NCBI RefSeq assembly: GCF_018977255.1
Contig: NW_024704742.1
Coordinates: forward strand, 13,642,001 to 13,706,000
Direction of reading: 5' to 3'
DNA length: 64,000 bases
Source of the DNA: Callorhinchus milii
Taxonomy: Eukaryota
Part shown: positions 1-13,357 of the stretch, piece after piece
Layout: each line of letters starts with the position of its first letter
Position numbering within the stretch: position 1 is the first letter of the stretch
Position numbers and translations under genes: made by a program
The notes under the pieces: model-generated
The model's input: only the letters and a program-made list of their open reading frames with translations
What the model was told of the DNA's origin: nothing
Database searches by the model: none

Positions 1-353
1 TTAGAAATCTGTCAACCTCAGTCTTGAATATGTTCAAGAACTGAGCATCTACAGCCTTCTGGGGTAGAGAATTCCACAAATTCACTACCCTCAGTGAAGA
101 AATGTTTCCTCAACTCAGTTTGAAAAGACTGACCCTTAATCATGAGACTATGACTCCTAGTTTTAGATTCTCTAACCAGGGGAAACAGTCTCACAGCATC
201 TATACCCTGTCAAGACTCTTAAGAATCTTATAGGTTTCTATAAAATGACCTCTATTTCTTCTATATTCTAGAGAATATAGGCCTAGCTTACTTAACCTCG
301 TAGGTTAACCACCTCATCTCAGGAACCAACCGAGTGAATCTGTGTTGCACCCC
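1..353 (-). mobile_element. CR1 LINE 3' part of ORF2, degraded
   Basis: Reverse complement matches the CR1 C-terminal region seen at 39800-40140 (LFPLV..TR.H.L, KHFFT.RVVNLWNSLPQKAVDAQ). Confidence 0.85.
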
Positions 354-364
354 ACCATCAGATG

Positions 365-590
365 TCACGGTTTCAGCCACTATGCCCCAAAACTCTGGAA
401 CACTCTCCCTCAATCCCTCTGCCTTGCTCCCTCCCCTTTTTCAAGTCCCACCTGAAAACCTTCCTCTTCGACGGTGCTTATGGACACCTCCCCCTCCACC
501 CCTGGCTTGGAGTCAGGCTCCACCACTGCTAAGCACTCTGAGATGCTACCCCATGTGGAGGGTGCTAAATAGGTGCAAGTTGTTGTTTGT
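365..590 (+). mobile_element. L2 LINE 3' end
   Basis: FSH.APKLWN.LP / FKSHLKTFLF segment followed by an L2-type tail ending in (GTT)n. Confidence 0.8.
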
Positions 591-1574
591 CTTGATCAAT
601 CTTCCCTCAAATTTATTAATAATGATCCTTACATTTGGTATAACACCTTTCACATTGTGAGAGTGCCTCAAAGCTCAAAGAGTAACTGTGTATTTTGTGG
701 GTGAATGCAACAGCCAATTTAGCCCAGCAATGGCCAACAAACAGCTAAGAAGTGCACAACAAAATTTATTGTAAATATTTAGAGAAAATTTATTGATATT
801 CCGGTGCATTACTTGATTGCCTTCTGGTTGCTTGGCCTTGCTCCTTTCCTTTGCTTCGAAGAATCCCTTTAAATTGTATCTATATGACTGCACATTTTGT
901 CAATAAACTTCCTTGAATTCTTCCTCCTCTCCCTCTCCTCGGTGCTCCCTAATGCCTCTGTGAAATGCTTTGAGTTATTCATCTGACATGAAAGGTGATA
1001 TGTAAGTGTCAGTTGTTGTGGCTGTTGGATGCATGCCTGTGAGTTTGACAAATAAGAAGAGTCCCCAGTTGCAGTAGTATGTGCAAGCCATTTGTCTGCT
1101 AATGAAGAATGGTCAAGTGGGTGATGAACCGGTGTACAGCTGGCTCCTATGGCGCCATACTTCAGCAAATCAGCTTTCAGGAGAGGAGCGAAGAAAATTG
1201 TCAACAGAACAGGATGGAAACATTTTGATTAAAGCAAAGATCGCAATTTTAAAAGATTGATAGCCACTTTTCTTTCTTCTCCTAATGGCAACAATTGGGT
1301 TATTTATAGAATCACGGAAAGTTTACAGCACAGGAGACGATTCACCCAAACATTGTCAACTTTGACCTATTCCTAGAGTTGTCAATAGATGGAGACAGAA
1401 ATTATCCTTGAGGATTTTATTACAATACAGTGGTTATTTAACCTTTCCTCTGTGAAACAGTGATTTTATTGAAATTAATACAAATATCTGATTTCCAGTG
1501 ATGACCTATAAGGTAAAGGCATTGTCCAGTCTACACGTGCCACAGAAGCACTTTGAGACTTGTTTTATTTCATC

Positions 1575-2700
1575 TTCGCGGACTTGCCCTTGCCTGGATC
1601 GAATCCTATCTTTCACGGTCTCCACTTTGTTGCCTCTAACGGTTTCTCCTCCAGCCCCCACACTGTCACGTCTGGCGTCCCCCAGGGCTCTGTCTTTGGC
1701 CCTCTCCTCTTTAATATCTACATGCTCCCCCTTGGTGACATCATCAAATCTACATGTATGCGGATGACACACAACTCTATCTTTCTGCCTCCACAGACTG
1801 CCTGTCGGACATCAAGTCCTGGATGAGGGCAAACTTCCTACAGTTGGATGTGAACAAGACTGAGGCCTACTGATTGGCTCGAGCCAGCGCCTCCGCACCT
1901 CAGGCTCTGGCAGCATCAACCTCCATGGTTGCACACTTCAACTCACCAAGCCAGTCAGGAACCTCGGTGTCTTGTTCGACTCTCAACTGTCTTTTCTCCC
2001 TCACATTCAAGCCATGACCCACTCTGCCTTCCCTCACCTCCGTAACATCGCCCGACTATGCCACTACCTCACCCCTCAGGCGGCTGAAACTCTTGTCCAT
2101 GCCTTCATCACCTCCAGGCTCGACTATGCAAACTCCCTACTTGTCGGCCTTCCCAACTCCTCCCTCCACAGGCTGCAGATAATGCAGAACTCTGCAGCCC
2201 GTGTCCTCTCCCGCACCAAACTCCGTGACCCCATCTCCCCCACTCGCCCAACTCCATTGGCTCCCTATCCTTCAGAGGAACCAGTTCAAGATCCTGGTCC
2301 TCACCTACAAAGCCCTCCATGGCCTCACCCCACCCTACCTCTGTGACCTCCTAACCCCCTACCAACCCGCCCGCTCCCTCCACTCAGCCGGCTCCGGCCT
2401 ACTCCATGTCCCCCGACCCACCCGCCCCACCATTGGTGGGACGGCCTTCAGCCACTCTGCTCCCCAACCTCTGGAATTCCATCCCCCAATCAATATGCCT
2501 CGCCCCTCCTAAGCCTCTTTCAAGTCCCGCATCAAAACCCTCCTCTTCGACTATGCCATCAGTCACTCCCTTTCCCCTCCCCTCCTTTCTCCCTCCCTGA
2601 TCCCAGCTCGGGTCTGAAATGCTGTACATTGTCCAGCGCCTTGGTCATCTCCCAACATGAAAGGCGCTATACAAATGTAATCTTGTTGTTGTTGTTGTTA
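1575..2700 (+). mobile_element. L2 LINE, 5'-truncated (RT C-terminal half and 3' tail)
   Basis: [69 protein letters not shown]; frameshifted; (TTG)n tail near 2683-2699. Confidence 0.95.
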
Positions 2701-4859
2701 TTGCTCCTGATGTGAAAGGCACAATATAAATTAAATTGTACTGAATTGCATAATAGCATGAAACCTTGCAGAGTCAGATCCCCCCCTTTGCTAAGATAGT
2801 CGATGTCAGGGGTGTTGGGGTATTACAATTGACCGCAGTGCTCTTGGATTATGGAGAGTAAAATCAGCTAACTTTCTTCATCACTATCCAGACACACCTA
2901 CTGGAAGGTATCTGTTTGTTGAGGTTGGGTAAGGACAGGATTTGGTTGTAGTATTTCCCATAGGCAGTCGCCTAAAATATAGTACGATACAGAATACAAT
3001 TCACATGTATATAGCACCATTAACATTGGTACGACATCTCAAAGTACTTACAAATACACACTGATTTAGTTCAAGCATAAATGATTATGATACTGAGGGC
3101 AATTATTTGGACCATGAAAAAATAAGCCAATAGCTTTCAGAAGAGATAGGGTGGGAGAAGAGAAAAATGCAGGAAAGAATTGTCATACAGAGGAGAAATA
3201 CACATCAACCATTTTATGCTCATGGCTCAAAATTATTTCCAGTTGTTGGGAATGGTGACTCAACTCTACTTCACTAGATACTTACTTTTATTATCGAATC
3301 CCAGTAAGGAATACTGTAAACTGGAGTCCATTAAGAATTATAATATTAATGTAAGGAAAAATGAGAGTGGGATGATAAGGAAAGATGATGGGTTTTTACA
3401 ACTGAATGTTGGAAGTACCAACAGCAGCAACACATAAAATAAATGGATAAACACTTGTCATCCATGGCACAATTTTAGACATAAAAATAGTATTATAAAT
3501 CAATCGTTAGCAAGTTGTTTTGTAGTTTGTCAGAGGGAATGATATTTCCAATTATATACTTAGGCTGGGGAAGGAGGCTTTCATTGTAATATTTCCTAGT
3601 CCTATGGACTTTGGGTTTAAATGCACTAGATCTTTCTCGATGACTTAGGGGCAGAAATCAAATATTTGATGCATGAGGTAATTGACACAGTGTGCCTAAT
3701 TAACTGAACTTCGTATTCTGTACTATTACAGAAACATATGTACACAACCATTAAAAATAGCTGATTAGCACATTGTGGAACTTTGTAACTGCAAAGAGAG
3801 ATCAGCTAACACTGCATAGACTAAGGATCAAACCTGTGACCTCCTAATCTGCATGCCTCAGTTAAAAACTGGAAAGTGCTTTGAGACATTCTCCGTAGGT
3901 GTAAATTGTATGAAATTATTTTATTGCAAGTGCCCCAACTGCCTATTATAATTGTTGTATGAAATCCAAATTCTGATGTTTTCACTGTAAACGTATTTCT
4001 CTTACAGCAGATTTCTACAGTTACTGATTTTACTCAATTGAATTAAAGTTAATTCCTCACAAAAAAGTAGTATTCTATAATAGAATATATATAACTTTTA
4101 CACTATGATCCAGGCATACTCACACTATATGACACATATTCACACTCCCATGAAGAACTTTGAGATATTTCAATGACATGATGAGTCACTACCAGTATAT
4201 CAAAATGCAAGGATTATAATTATTGTTATGTGCATTTTTGAATAGAAAACCAAGATCATTGGCTTTTTATGTAAAATACAACAACATTTAGTGCAAAACA
4301 GTGGTAAATTCAATCTTAATTTGGAAAACAGTTTTTCACAGTTCTTAAAAAGTACCGACTTCCAAATCAAGAATGAATTTAAGAATTTTCCACAATTTTG
4401 AAGCCACCTTAATGTATAAGACAAAATGGTCTTACAGACTAAGACCAGATGAAATGTCAGGCCTGTTGCTCCCTTAGCAACTATTGGTTTCAAATACAAT
4501 GTATGTGTGCATGCCTTTCAGTGTCAAAGAACTTGTCAAACTCTTGACACATTTGGTGGCATACACAAAATTAAATGGAAATGAGAAATATAAACTTATT
4601 TGCCAAAGCCACTGTCTAAATTGTATACTGTTAGGGAAATTTTTGAAGGCAACGAGAAAGACAGAGAACAAGGTAACAATGTAAAGTGATTTTGTATATG
4701 CTATGTGGGGCAAAAAGGAAGGATTGTTTTAGCAAGCAAAGTGCACGGGGATTTGGTAGGTCAGTGCATTTTGAGGATGTTGGAAAAAGATGTAGTGTTG
4801 CATGAGATGTCAAAGGTGGAGAAAGTGCCTAAAATAAGTGCCATGACATCATGACACAC

Positions 4860-5170
4860 TGTGCTGGATTGTTGGAGGTGCTGTACTTTGATGAGACATT
4901 AAACTAAGGCCCCGTCTACCTGTTCAGGAGACGTTAAAGATCCCATGTCAACAATAACACCAACAAAATTACATTTGTATAGCGCGTTTCATGTTGGGAG
5001 TACATCCCAAGGCACTGGAACTATTCAAAAAGAGAAGTGGGTTTCTCCTCCTGTCCTGGCCAACAAAATAAAATTGGTTGCTCACTTCATGGCTGTTTGT
5101 ACGAAACTGCAAATTGGTTGCTACATTTGTCCATAAAAATATACAGTCACATCACTTTACAGTATATTCA
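4860..5170 (+). mobile_element. Old Deu-type SINE fragment with a short antisense L2 tail inserted (~4950-5010)
   Basis: ggaggtgctgtactttgatgagacattaaactaaggccccgtctacctgttcagg...taaagatcccatg core; recurs at 9300-9420, 20100-20200, 46040-46110, 55150-55200. Confidence 0.7.
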
Positions 5171-5649
5171 GTCAGACCCGGGATTGTAGTTCACTCGGCT
5201 AGTCTGGGGTCTGGATGGGAGAGTTTTGTTGGTGAGGGAGCGGACATTTTGCAAGACACTGTGATAAGCATGCGGAAAGCTCTGACTAGGCTTTCCTCTC
5301 TTAACTTTCTCGGCAAGGATCATGATTCAAAATTATTCCCAGTTGTTGAGAGCAGTGACTCAACCATGATTCACCAGATACTTGTCTTAAAATTAAGATT
5401 ATATATTCAAACTAAAAGCTAAAAGATTGTACATGCCCTGGAGCTCCTCACAATCTCGGTGACTTAAAAAAAAAGTTGTCACCCTGAACTCTAAAAAATC
5501 TGGAGGTAATAAATATTCTCTAGAAATCAGAGGACAGTGGTGGGGTGTGTCCAATTCAAACATGGGGTTAAAGATAAATTTTAATAGGATACAACGACTG
5601 CATTTCTGTCCTTATAATAATTCTCGCCAGTGGAAATTATCAACATCTT

Positions 5650-5835
5650 CTCACCAAATCATAATAAAAAAATTGGTCACTTAATCCACGACTGTTTGTG
5701 GGACACTGCTGTGTACAATTGCTGCCACGTTTCACGCATAAAATATACAGTCAATTCACATTACAGTATATTCTGTAATGAGGCATCTTGAAGATGTGAT
5801 AAGGCGCTATATCAAATGCAAGGAGTATTATTAAT
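5650..5835 (+). mobile_element. tRNA-derived SINE, 3' half
   Basis: Matches the 3' half of the full-length SINE copies (cgactgtttgtgggacactgctgtg...gcgctatatcaaatgcaagg, (TAT)n). Confidence 0.8.
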
Positions 5836-5887
5836 ATTGTTATTTCTCTCCCTTTCCTTCCCCATTTTGCAGTTCTGCTTAATTTAT

Positions 5888-5975
5888 CCATAGAACCATA
5901 GAAATTTACAGCACAAATGAAGGCTATTCGGCCCACTGTGTCTCTGCCAGCTCCCTCAAGAGCAATCCTTTCAGT
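5888..5975 (-). mobile_element. CR1 3' tail
   Basis: catagaaccatagaaatttacagcac...ggctattcggccc is the reverse complement of the CR1 3' terminus with its octamer microsatellite. Confidence 0.7.
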
Positions 5976-6519
5976 CCTTTTATCTGCCCTCCCACCGTTG
6001 AAGAGAGTTGACTTCACAGGATCCAGTCCCGATCACTGCAATACTCCACAAGCACAATCCAACATTTAAACACTTATCATCTTCTGCCTTTTTTTCCAAG
6101 GCAGATTTCAATTCAGCTCACTAACTTGCAATTAATTTCATGAACCTTAATCTTCTTTGAAAACTTAATTCGTTGAATGATATCAAATCCCTCTGAAAAT
6201 CCAATTATTTTTTCCCACTGATCTGTTAATTTATGAGTCTCCTCAAAGAGTTTCTGTAAATTTGTGAGACGTGAATTGTAGCTTATATTGCTATGAAAAC
6301 CATTATGACTTTTGCTTTATAATAAATAATCATTTATGTTGCCTTGTAAAATACCATCGAGCATTTTCTTCCTGGCAGTGTTAGACTAGTTCATCTCTAT
6401 TTTGGGTGTGAAGACTGCGACACATGATGTGATGATTATCAATGGTGAGCATTATTACCAGTGTGAATTATCACATTGTTGAAAATTGTGGTTGAACAAG
6501 TCAACAACTAGCGTCTAAG

Positions 6520-6781
6520 CTATAGGTCTGGCTTTGGAATTCTATCCCCCAGTGCCTTTGCCTTGCTTCCACCTTTCCTCCTTCAAGGCCGGTCTCAAGA
6601 CCTTTCTCTTTGACCGAGCCTTTGGCTCCCCTCTCAACTCTCTACCCCCTCCTCGATCCCTCCCTTCCCTCCCCTCACCCTAACCATTTCTCCCCTGCTC
6701 GGGTCCTGACCCAACTGTACAGCGCCTTGGGACGTCCTCCTGCCGTGAAAGGCGCTCTATAAATGGAATCTTGTTGTTATT
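6520..6781 (+). mobile_element. L2 LINE 3' end
   Basis: Closely matches 26230-26460 (ttcaaggccggtctcaagaccttt...gggacgtcctcc...gtgaaaggcgctctataaatg). Confidence 0.9.
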
Positions 6782-7904
6782 GAGTCCTCTATGTGACTTC
6801 AGCAATAGTTGGGCCTAAAGCCACTGACAAAGCCTCTGGTGGTCAACATTGGAGTCGATGACAGCAAAGTGAGGCTTTTGAGAATAACTTCACGAGATAC
6901 GAATTAGCTCGACCTGTGTGGTCATAATTATCACATCACATCGATCATTTTCTCAGGTCTGTTTGCAGGAAATTGTTGTGCAATTGGCTGCCTCGTAGCC
7001 CTCCAAATACACCGCCATCAACTGGGGTGTGATTTCTGATATTCACAAAAGGGATCCGAGACGTTTAAGTGACCCTCTAATGGGTGGTTTTAGAAGGAAA
7101 GGGGTCCAAGAACAATTTGGAAATGGATGGCTGTGAGGAAATGATGTTTCACTCCCTGACCTTTTCACACATTAGCAGTATGCATGACTCGCAATTGATG
7201 CCTCTTTTGGGAATATCACTTTCAATTAAATTGTTTTCAAGTTAATGTAACTTTCCAAATGTAGTTTGTATCTAAATCTGCTCTCTTGGAAATAGATTGG
7301 GATTATCCTGCTTAAATAGCACTTTATTTTGCGTATTAATTCTTAAAGATTAGGAAACTTTATACATGGAGATATTGTGCCATACTTTCAATTTAGGTTC
7401 AGCACCTTCAGTTATATTTCTAGACTTGTGCCAGATATTAAGTGCTATATGATGATCATATTTCAATAGCATTGTATGATCAGCTTTTTTTAATATTTTT
7501 TTTATATAGTATTTTATATAGTATCATCAGCACCCATATAACTAAATGCTTTCATACAACACTGCAGAATCCAATATAGAAATCTTTAAAAAAAACTTTT
7601 ATAACTTGTCTCAGTGTCATTCTTAATTTATGTCTCTATGACTTATTGTTGCTGTAAACAGCATGAAAAATTTCAGTCTGTGAAAGTTAGCTGTAAAACC
7701 TCATGCCTGGAATAATAACATTTATTTATATTCTTGTAATATTTAACATGCCAAGACTTGTGCTCATCTTTCTAACTTTAATTTTCACTAAGACCGTTTG
7801 TAAGATGGCAGAAACAATCCTATGGAAAGGCTCAAAAGACATGTGAACAACAATAATACAGTGCTCCAAGTATCCTGTATATGTAGTGACCTTCACACAG
7901 GATT

Positions 7905-8195
7905 CACAGTATCCTGCATGAAGGATGCTACATATGTACAAGTTGGTGATCGTATACATTTATATCACATCTTTCATGTTGGGAAGACATCTCAAAGCTC
8001 TTTATACAGCTGACTGGGCACCCAAACTGATGAGAGGTGAGAATTGGGGCAGGGATTAGGTGAACGAAGATATAGTATCAAAGTTTTAATGTAGGTTTTG
8101 AGGATGAGGAGGGAGGGGTCAAGTTGGAGGGACTCCAGGATGGAATTTCAGCGAGTGGCGCAGAACGGCTGAGAGCTAACTCACTGATGGTGGGG
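7905..8195 (-). mobile_element. L2 LINE 3' end, degraded
   Basis: Antisense L2 tail (tttcatgttgggaagacatctcaaagc) followed by the antisense of the LWN/FKTYLKT region. Confidence 0.6.
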
Positions 8196-9094
8196 CAGCT
8201 CAGGCCATCCACTTTCTTACCCCTTTCTCTGCTTTCAAAAGACTCATACATAATAGCTCCTCAACCTTGCTTTGGCTCAACATTCTTAAAACTCTTATTT
8301 TGTGGTCTGGTGTGTGACAGTACATATTCAAGTGTTTTGAGTCATTCAATTATCATTAAATAAACAGAAATATTTTTTCTTGTCAAATTAATTAATCCAT
8401 AGTGTAATTCCTCTTGCCTGTTCTGGTCTTAAAACTTCAGATTTAGGTTATTTTATTGTTATATATGTCAGCATTCTGCGTGGAGCAATGATTTATCAAT
8501 GTGTAAGAAAACGCCTACCAGTTTAAAAGGAGTAACTAAGTGTGCATATATTTTCCCTGCAGTTACGATGTGCATATGGATTTTTGGTTAAATTGAGCTG
8601 TGTTGCTCAGAAAAGAGATGCATACATCAAGCCAAGTGACAAAACAGCACTCTGACAAATGGAGTAAAATTAATAAATAATAAAGAAGTATGCTTTTTGG
8701 ATCCTCAGAGGGGGAAAAGTGAGAAGTTAATGCTGCTTTGAATATCTGCTAGTGGCTGTATGTAATTTGATGCATCCGGAAAAGGAGACGTAGATTTGAG
8801 CTCCAATTGGAACTCCTGATGGCTGCACTAAAATGCCATGGAGCACATTAAACATCACAGGAGTAGAGCTCGATACTGCATTGATTCACTCCTTGTAAAA
8901 GGAACACACAGGTAACTGTTTCAGATACCTGATACTGAGCAAGACTGAGATGAGCTCATGAGACACAATGAGGTCTAAAATGTGCATTGGATTAACAGTG
9001 CATGAGCTTCCCATGTTTACACACATACAGTTACCCTTTATTATTTAATTAATCTATATTTAAAAGGATTACAGATGATTCTAATAATAATAAA

Positions 9095-10285
9095 ATAATA
9101 GTCATTTTTCATTTGATATAGTATCTTTCGTGTCAGGAGGACGTCCCAAAACTCTTCACAAGATGTACTGTAAAGTGATGTGACTGTGTGTGGTGTGGGT
9201 GAACGCAGCAGCTATGTTTCGCACAGTAATGTCACACAAACAGCAATGAAGTGAATAACCATTTATTTTAACTGGGGGATCATTGGAGAAATTCCCTTTC
9301 TTTTCCAACAGTTGCATGTCATCTATAATGTACAACTGAACAATTAGATGGGGCCTCAGTTTAATGTCTCATCTGAAGGACCACACCTCTGACAATGCAG
9401 CACACCCCCAGTACTGCACTGGAGTGTTAGTCCAGACTATGTGAGTTCCAACTCTTCATGTGGGGGTTGAACCCACAACCTTCAGACTCAGAGGTGAGAG
9501 TGCCTCCAACAACAACAGCTTGGATTTACATAGCGGTCTCCACGCAGGAACGCATCTCAGAGCGCTTCACAGAAATGAATCCCGGGGCCGAGCCAGGGGG
9601 AGGGGGAGGAAGGTGACCAAAGGCACGGTCGAAAAGAAAGGTCTTCAGCCAAGACCTGAAAATAGGAAGAGAGGGGGAGAGGCAAAGGGAGTGAGGAAGG
9701 GAGTTCCAGAGCCTCGGGGTGTAGTGGCTGAAGGCACGGCCGCCGATGGTGGAGTGGAGGACTAGGAGGACAAGGAGGAAGCCAGACCCGGTGGAGCGAA
9801 GGCATCGGGCACTGTTGTGAGGAGAGAGGAGGTCAGAGAGGTAGGGGGATGCAGAGGAGTGGAGGGATTTGAAGACAAGGGTGAGGATCTTGAAGTCGAT
9901 CCTCTCTGGGACAGGCAGCCAGTGCAGTCTGACAAGAACTGGGGAGCGGAGTTTGTACGGGTAAGAATGTGGACGCCAGAATTTTGTATGACCTGGATTT
10001 TATGGATGGTAGTGGAGGGGAGACCGGAGAGGAGGGCATTTGAATAGTCCAGCCGAGAGGTGACAAAGGCATGAACCAGGGTTTCAGCGGCTTTTGGAGT
10101 GAGGTATTGGCGGAGACCGGCAATGCGTTGGAGGTGGAAGAAAGTAGTGCTGTTGAGGGACCGGATGTGGGGGAAGAAGGATAATTGGGGGTCGAATCTG
10201 ACGCCTAGGTTACATACGGGTTCGGAGAGTTTTAGGGGGAGGTCGGGTAGATGGAGGAGCCAGCCAACTGAGCCAGGCTGACACC
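9095..10285 (-). mobile_element. Deu-type SINE split in its tRNA-like head by an L2 insertion
   Basis: ...tcagaggtgagagtgcctcc (9507) resumes as cagccaactgagccaggctgacac (10261-10284); uninterrupted heads at 13300-13357 and 20425-20452. Confidence 0.8.
9508..10259 (-). mobile_element. L2 LINE 3' ~750 bp, young subfamily
   Basis: Reverse complement is highly similar to 50548-51273; (AAC)n tail at 9508. Confidence 0.95.
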
Positions 10286-12345
10286 CTATGTAATTAGCAA
10301 TGGTTAACTTCAGAATTTTCCATTTTTAGCCCAAAGGTTAGCCAAGGATTATTAGCCCAAAGAGCAGTTTGGACCCTAAGACCTGTATTTTTGTAAATGA
10401 GATGGCAAAGTTGTTATCCTTGGAGGGAAGATGATGGAAATGGAAAGGGGTTGGGTCTTAGGGTATATTTTATATAGTCCATCCCTCACTATCCAATTTT
10501 AACATTTTTTTTAAACGTGAACATCTCTGACAGGGATAATGGGAGAAACAATTAATGCAATGAATAATGCAATGATGCCTGAGACGTCCTCCCTACATGA
10601 AAGGTGCTACATAAATGTCAATTTGTACTTTATTGCATCCCAATGCCAATATTGGGAGGAGAAATTCCGTCAGCCAAACAACCCTGTATAATGTAACATT
10701 TCAACCTACAGCTTTAGAAATACAATTCACTCACATTGAATTTAATTGCGTTCGTATAAGATACAAACTCAGAAATAGAAATAAACAGAAGTAGATATTA
10801 TTGGCCTGATTTGTGGGTTGTGGTAGAGAAATATTATAATGAACATCTTTTTAAATGCTATTGTGTGGTAAAACATTACTTCTGAATATTGATTTGTAAA
10901 ATACTTAGAAACCATAATATTAGGGTTTGCCAATTTGTCAGTTATAACAAATTCATTGATCCCTAAAAATATAAAAGAATCTCACTTATTGATTTATCAA
11001 CCAATTATTCATGCTTCGATTGCTAAAAAACAAGTTTTAAGCAAGTGACATAGCACTATCAACACATGGATCTTGGTGTGGATGTAGTATAATAAAAACA
11101 CAGATTAAATTAGTTCAATCCTGCTCTATAGAAATGGAAACTGATAGTGTTGTGGAGGCAGGGGAGAATACCAGCATTAGCTTTAGTGGCAATAAACTGT
11201 AATAAAAATTCAAAGGATAGAACAGGTAACAAAAAATACTAGTAATATATTATCCTGTAAAACACAATAAAGGGTAATCTACAAAAATCACAGTACTTGA
11301 TTACACTCACTTTTGTTTGGTGTTAGAAGTATCATTAACAAGGTTCTGTTGACATTCACTAAGTAATTCCTATTTTCTGGAATATCCTTGTTTTGTCCTT
11401 CTTCTCTACTGAAGCACAAACAGAGTTGGGGCATCAAATGCAAATGTGTTCCTGCAGTATTTAATATTCATTTTGTGCTTTGTCAAGCTGTACTGTTGTC
11501 TAAACACTTGGCATCTGCCACATAACAAACTTCTCCTAGCCAGTAAATGGGCCAAATTACCAAGTACCTTCACGAACATTAAACAATAATTAACAGGGAG
11601 CGAAAAAAAAAGGGTATGGAACCGATAGTCAAAATTTCTTAACAGTATTATTGTTTTGATGTGAAGAACAATGTAAAACAAAATACATTTATGGAATGAT
11701 GATGTTTTAGATACGATCCATAATTGACTGTTCTAGCCAGGGAGATTTTGTTCAGATATCCTTTTGATTCATGCCATCCAGTTCAGGACATTAATGTCAA
11801 GAAGAAGACTGAGTCATAGCTACAGGGTCCATAACAATATTGCAAGTTCTAAATAAATAATGACAACATGCAGGATTTTGAGAATAAGGATGAATCCGAA
11901 AGTACAATTGCATGATTTGAGTGCTGTGATTTGCTCACTTTACAAAATCACAATAGAAAGCATTATAGCAAAGGCTCCTCCGTGTGTTCATTCTTTTTAA
12001 GCTATAAAATTGTGTGAAATAAACCCATTAGTTAAAATGCAGGAATGGATACATTAACTTCAAGTTCTCTATGCAACGACAATCAGAATTAAAAATGGAT
12101 GAACCGGAAGAAATACGTTGCTGAACTGAAATATTGATCGTTTCTTTCAATGTTTGAAAGTATAAAATTAACAGAATGTTTTAAGATATTTCACTGACGT
12201 TTTAATTCTCAATTTTGTTTAAAAAAAATCGTGCATTTAAACCCTTTTCTTCTTGTTTTAGTTGTTTTGCCACTCAACATTTCTTAGCTGAGAAGGCAGG
12301 TGCGTGTGACCTATTTTCAAGCCTTTGCCAAGACTCCTGTTGAGT

Positions 12346-12364
12346 TGACCACTAGGGGGTGAGA
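12346..12364 (+). promoter_or_regulatory. CTCF-like motif
   Basis: TGACCACTAGGGGGTGAGA vs consensus TGGCCACCAGGGGGCGCTA; lies in non-repeat DNA; C>T at the CpG position. Confidence 0.35.
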
Positions 12365-13014
12365 GACGCAGACCTAAGATTATTCTTCAGTATATTCATT
12401 TTGTTTGACTGTGGGAATGAAACAAGACTTCAATAGTGCATTATTTGAGGCACCAGCTGAGTTTGGAATCGCATCCTGTAGAAAATTACAGGAATTAACT
12501 TGTATCCTACCTCTCTGTGGCTTAGCACTTCAAAGCACCAATTTACTATTCTGTACTATTTTTATGTTTTATTTTTACGTTTTATTTTATTTTTATGTTT
12601 TATTTTACGTTGAATTTCATTCTTTAATTCTTTTTTTATTTGTTCACTGCATTCAGTGGGTGTGCGCTGAGCCAATAAATCTTATATGTGGATAGAAAAA
12701 TAGTGATGTACAATTGTGTTGCTCCAAATGAGCAAGAAAAAAATCCCTCCAACAGCAGCACACCTGTCTTCTGCCTGCTGGTCTGACTTACAGAATTATC
12801 ATTTTTTTGCCATATTTCAGTTTCGTTTTCAAAACCCAGGAAAACATCAAGAAAAAATTAATCAGAACCAGAAGGCCACTGCTTGTAATTTATTCTCCGA
12901 TTCAGTATGTAGCTTGCAAATTTCCAGGAGCTGTTTTCCTGAAAGGGAGGACCTGCTTCCCTGGGGATGTAATAATAACCAACTTTGCATTTGATACAAT
13001 GCTTTTTTGATCAG

Positions 13015-13357
13015 GAGGATGTTTCAAAGTTTTACAGGATATACTGTCAAGTGTAGTGACTGTATTTTGTAGGCGAAAGTAGCATCCAATTTGGCCATTC
13101 ACTTGGCTGTTTGTTGTCCGCAAATTATTTCCCACAAACAGCCAAGTGAATGGCCAATTTTATTTGAAGTATTGTTGGACAGAGCTCAATTTAACATTTC
13201 ATCTGATGGATGGCAACTCCTACAATGCAGCACACATGAGCACTGCATTGGAATGTCAGCCCTAACAATATGAGTTCAAATTTTCCATTGTGGGGCTTGA
13301 ACCCACAACCTTCTGACTCAGTGACAAGAAGGATACCAACTGAGCCATACTGACACA
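13015..13357 (-). mobile_element. Deu-type SINE containing a 24-bp fold-back
   Basis: Antisense tRNA-like head (ttgaacccacaaccttctgactcag...ccaactgagcc), Deu core and tail; inverted repeat at 13091-13157. Confidence 0.75.
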
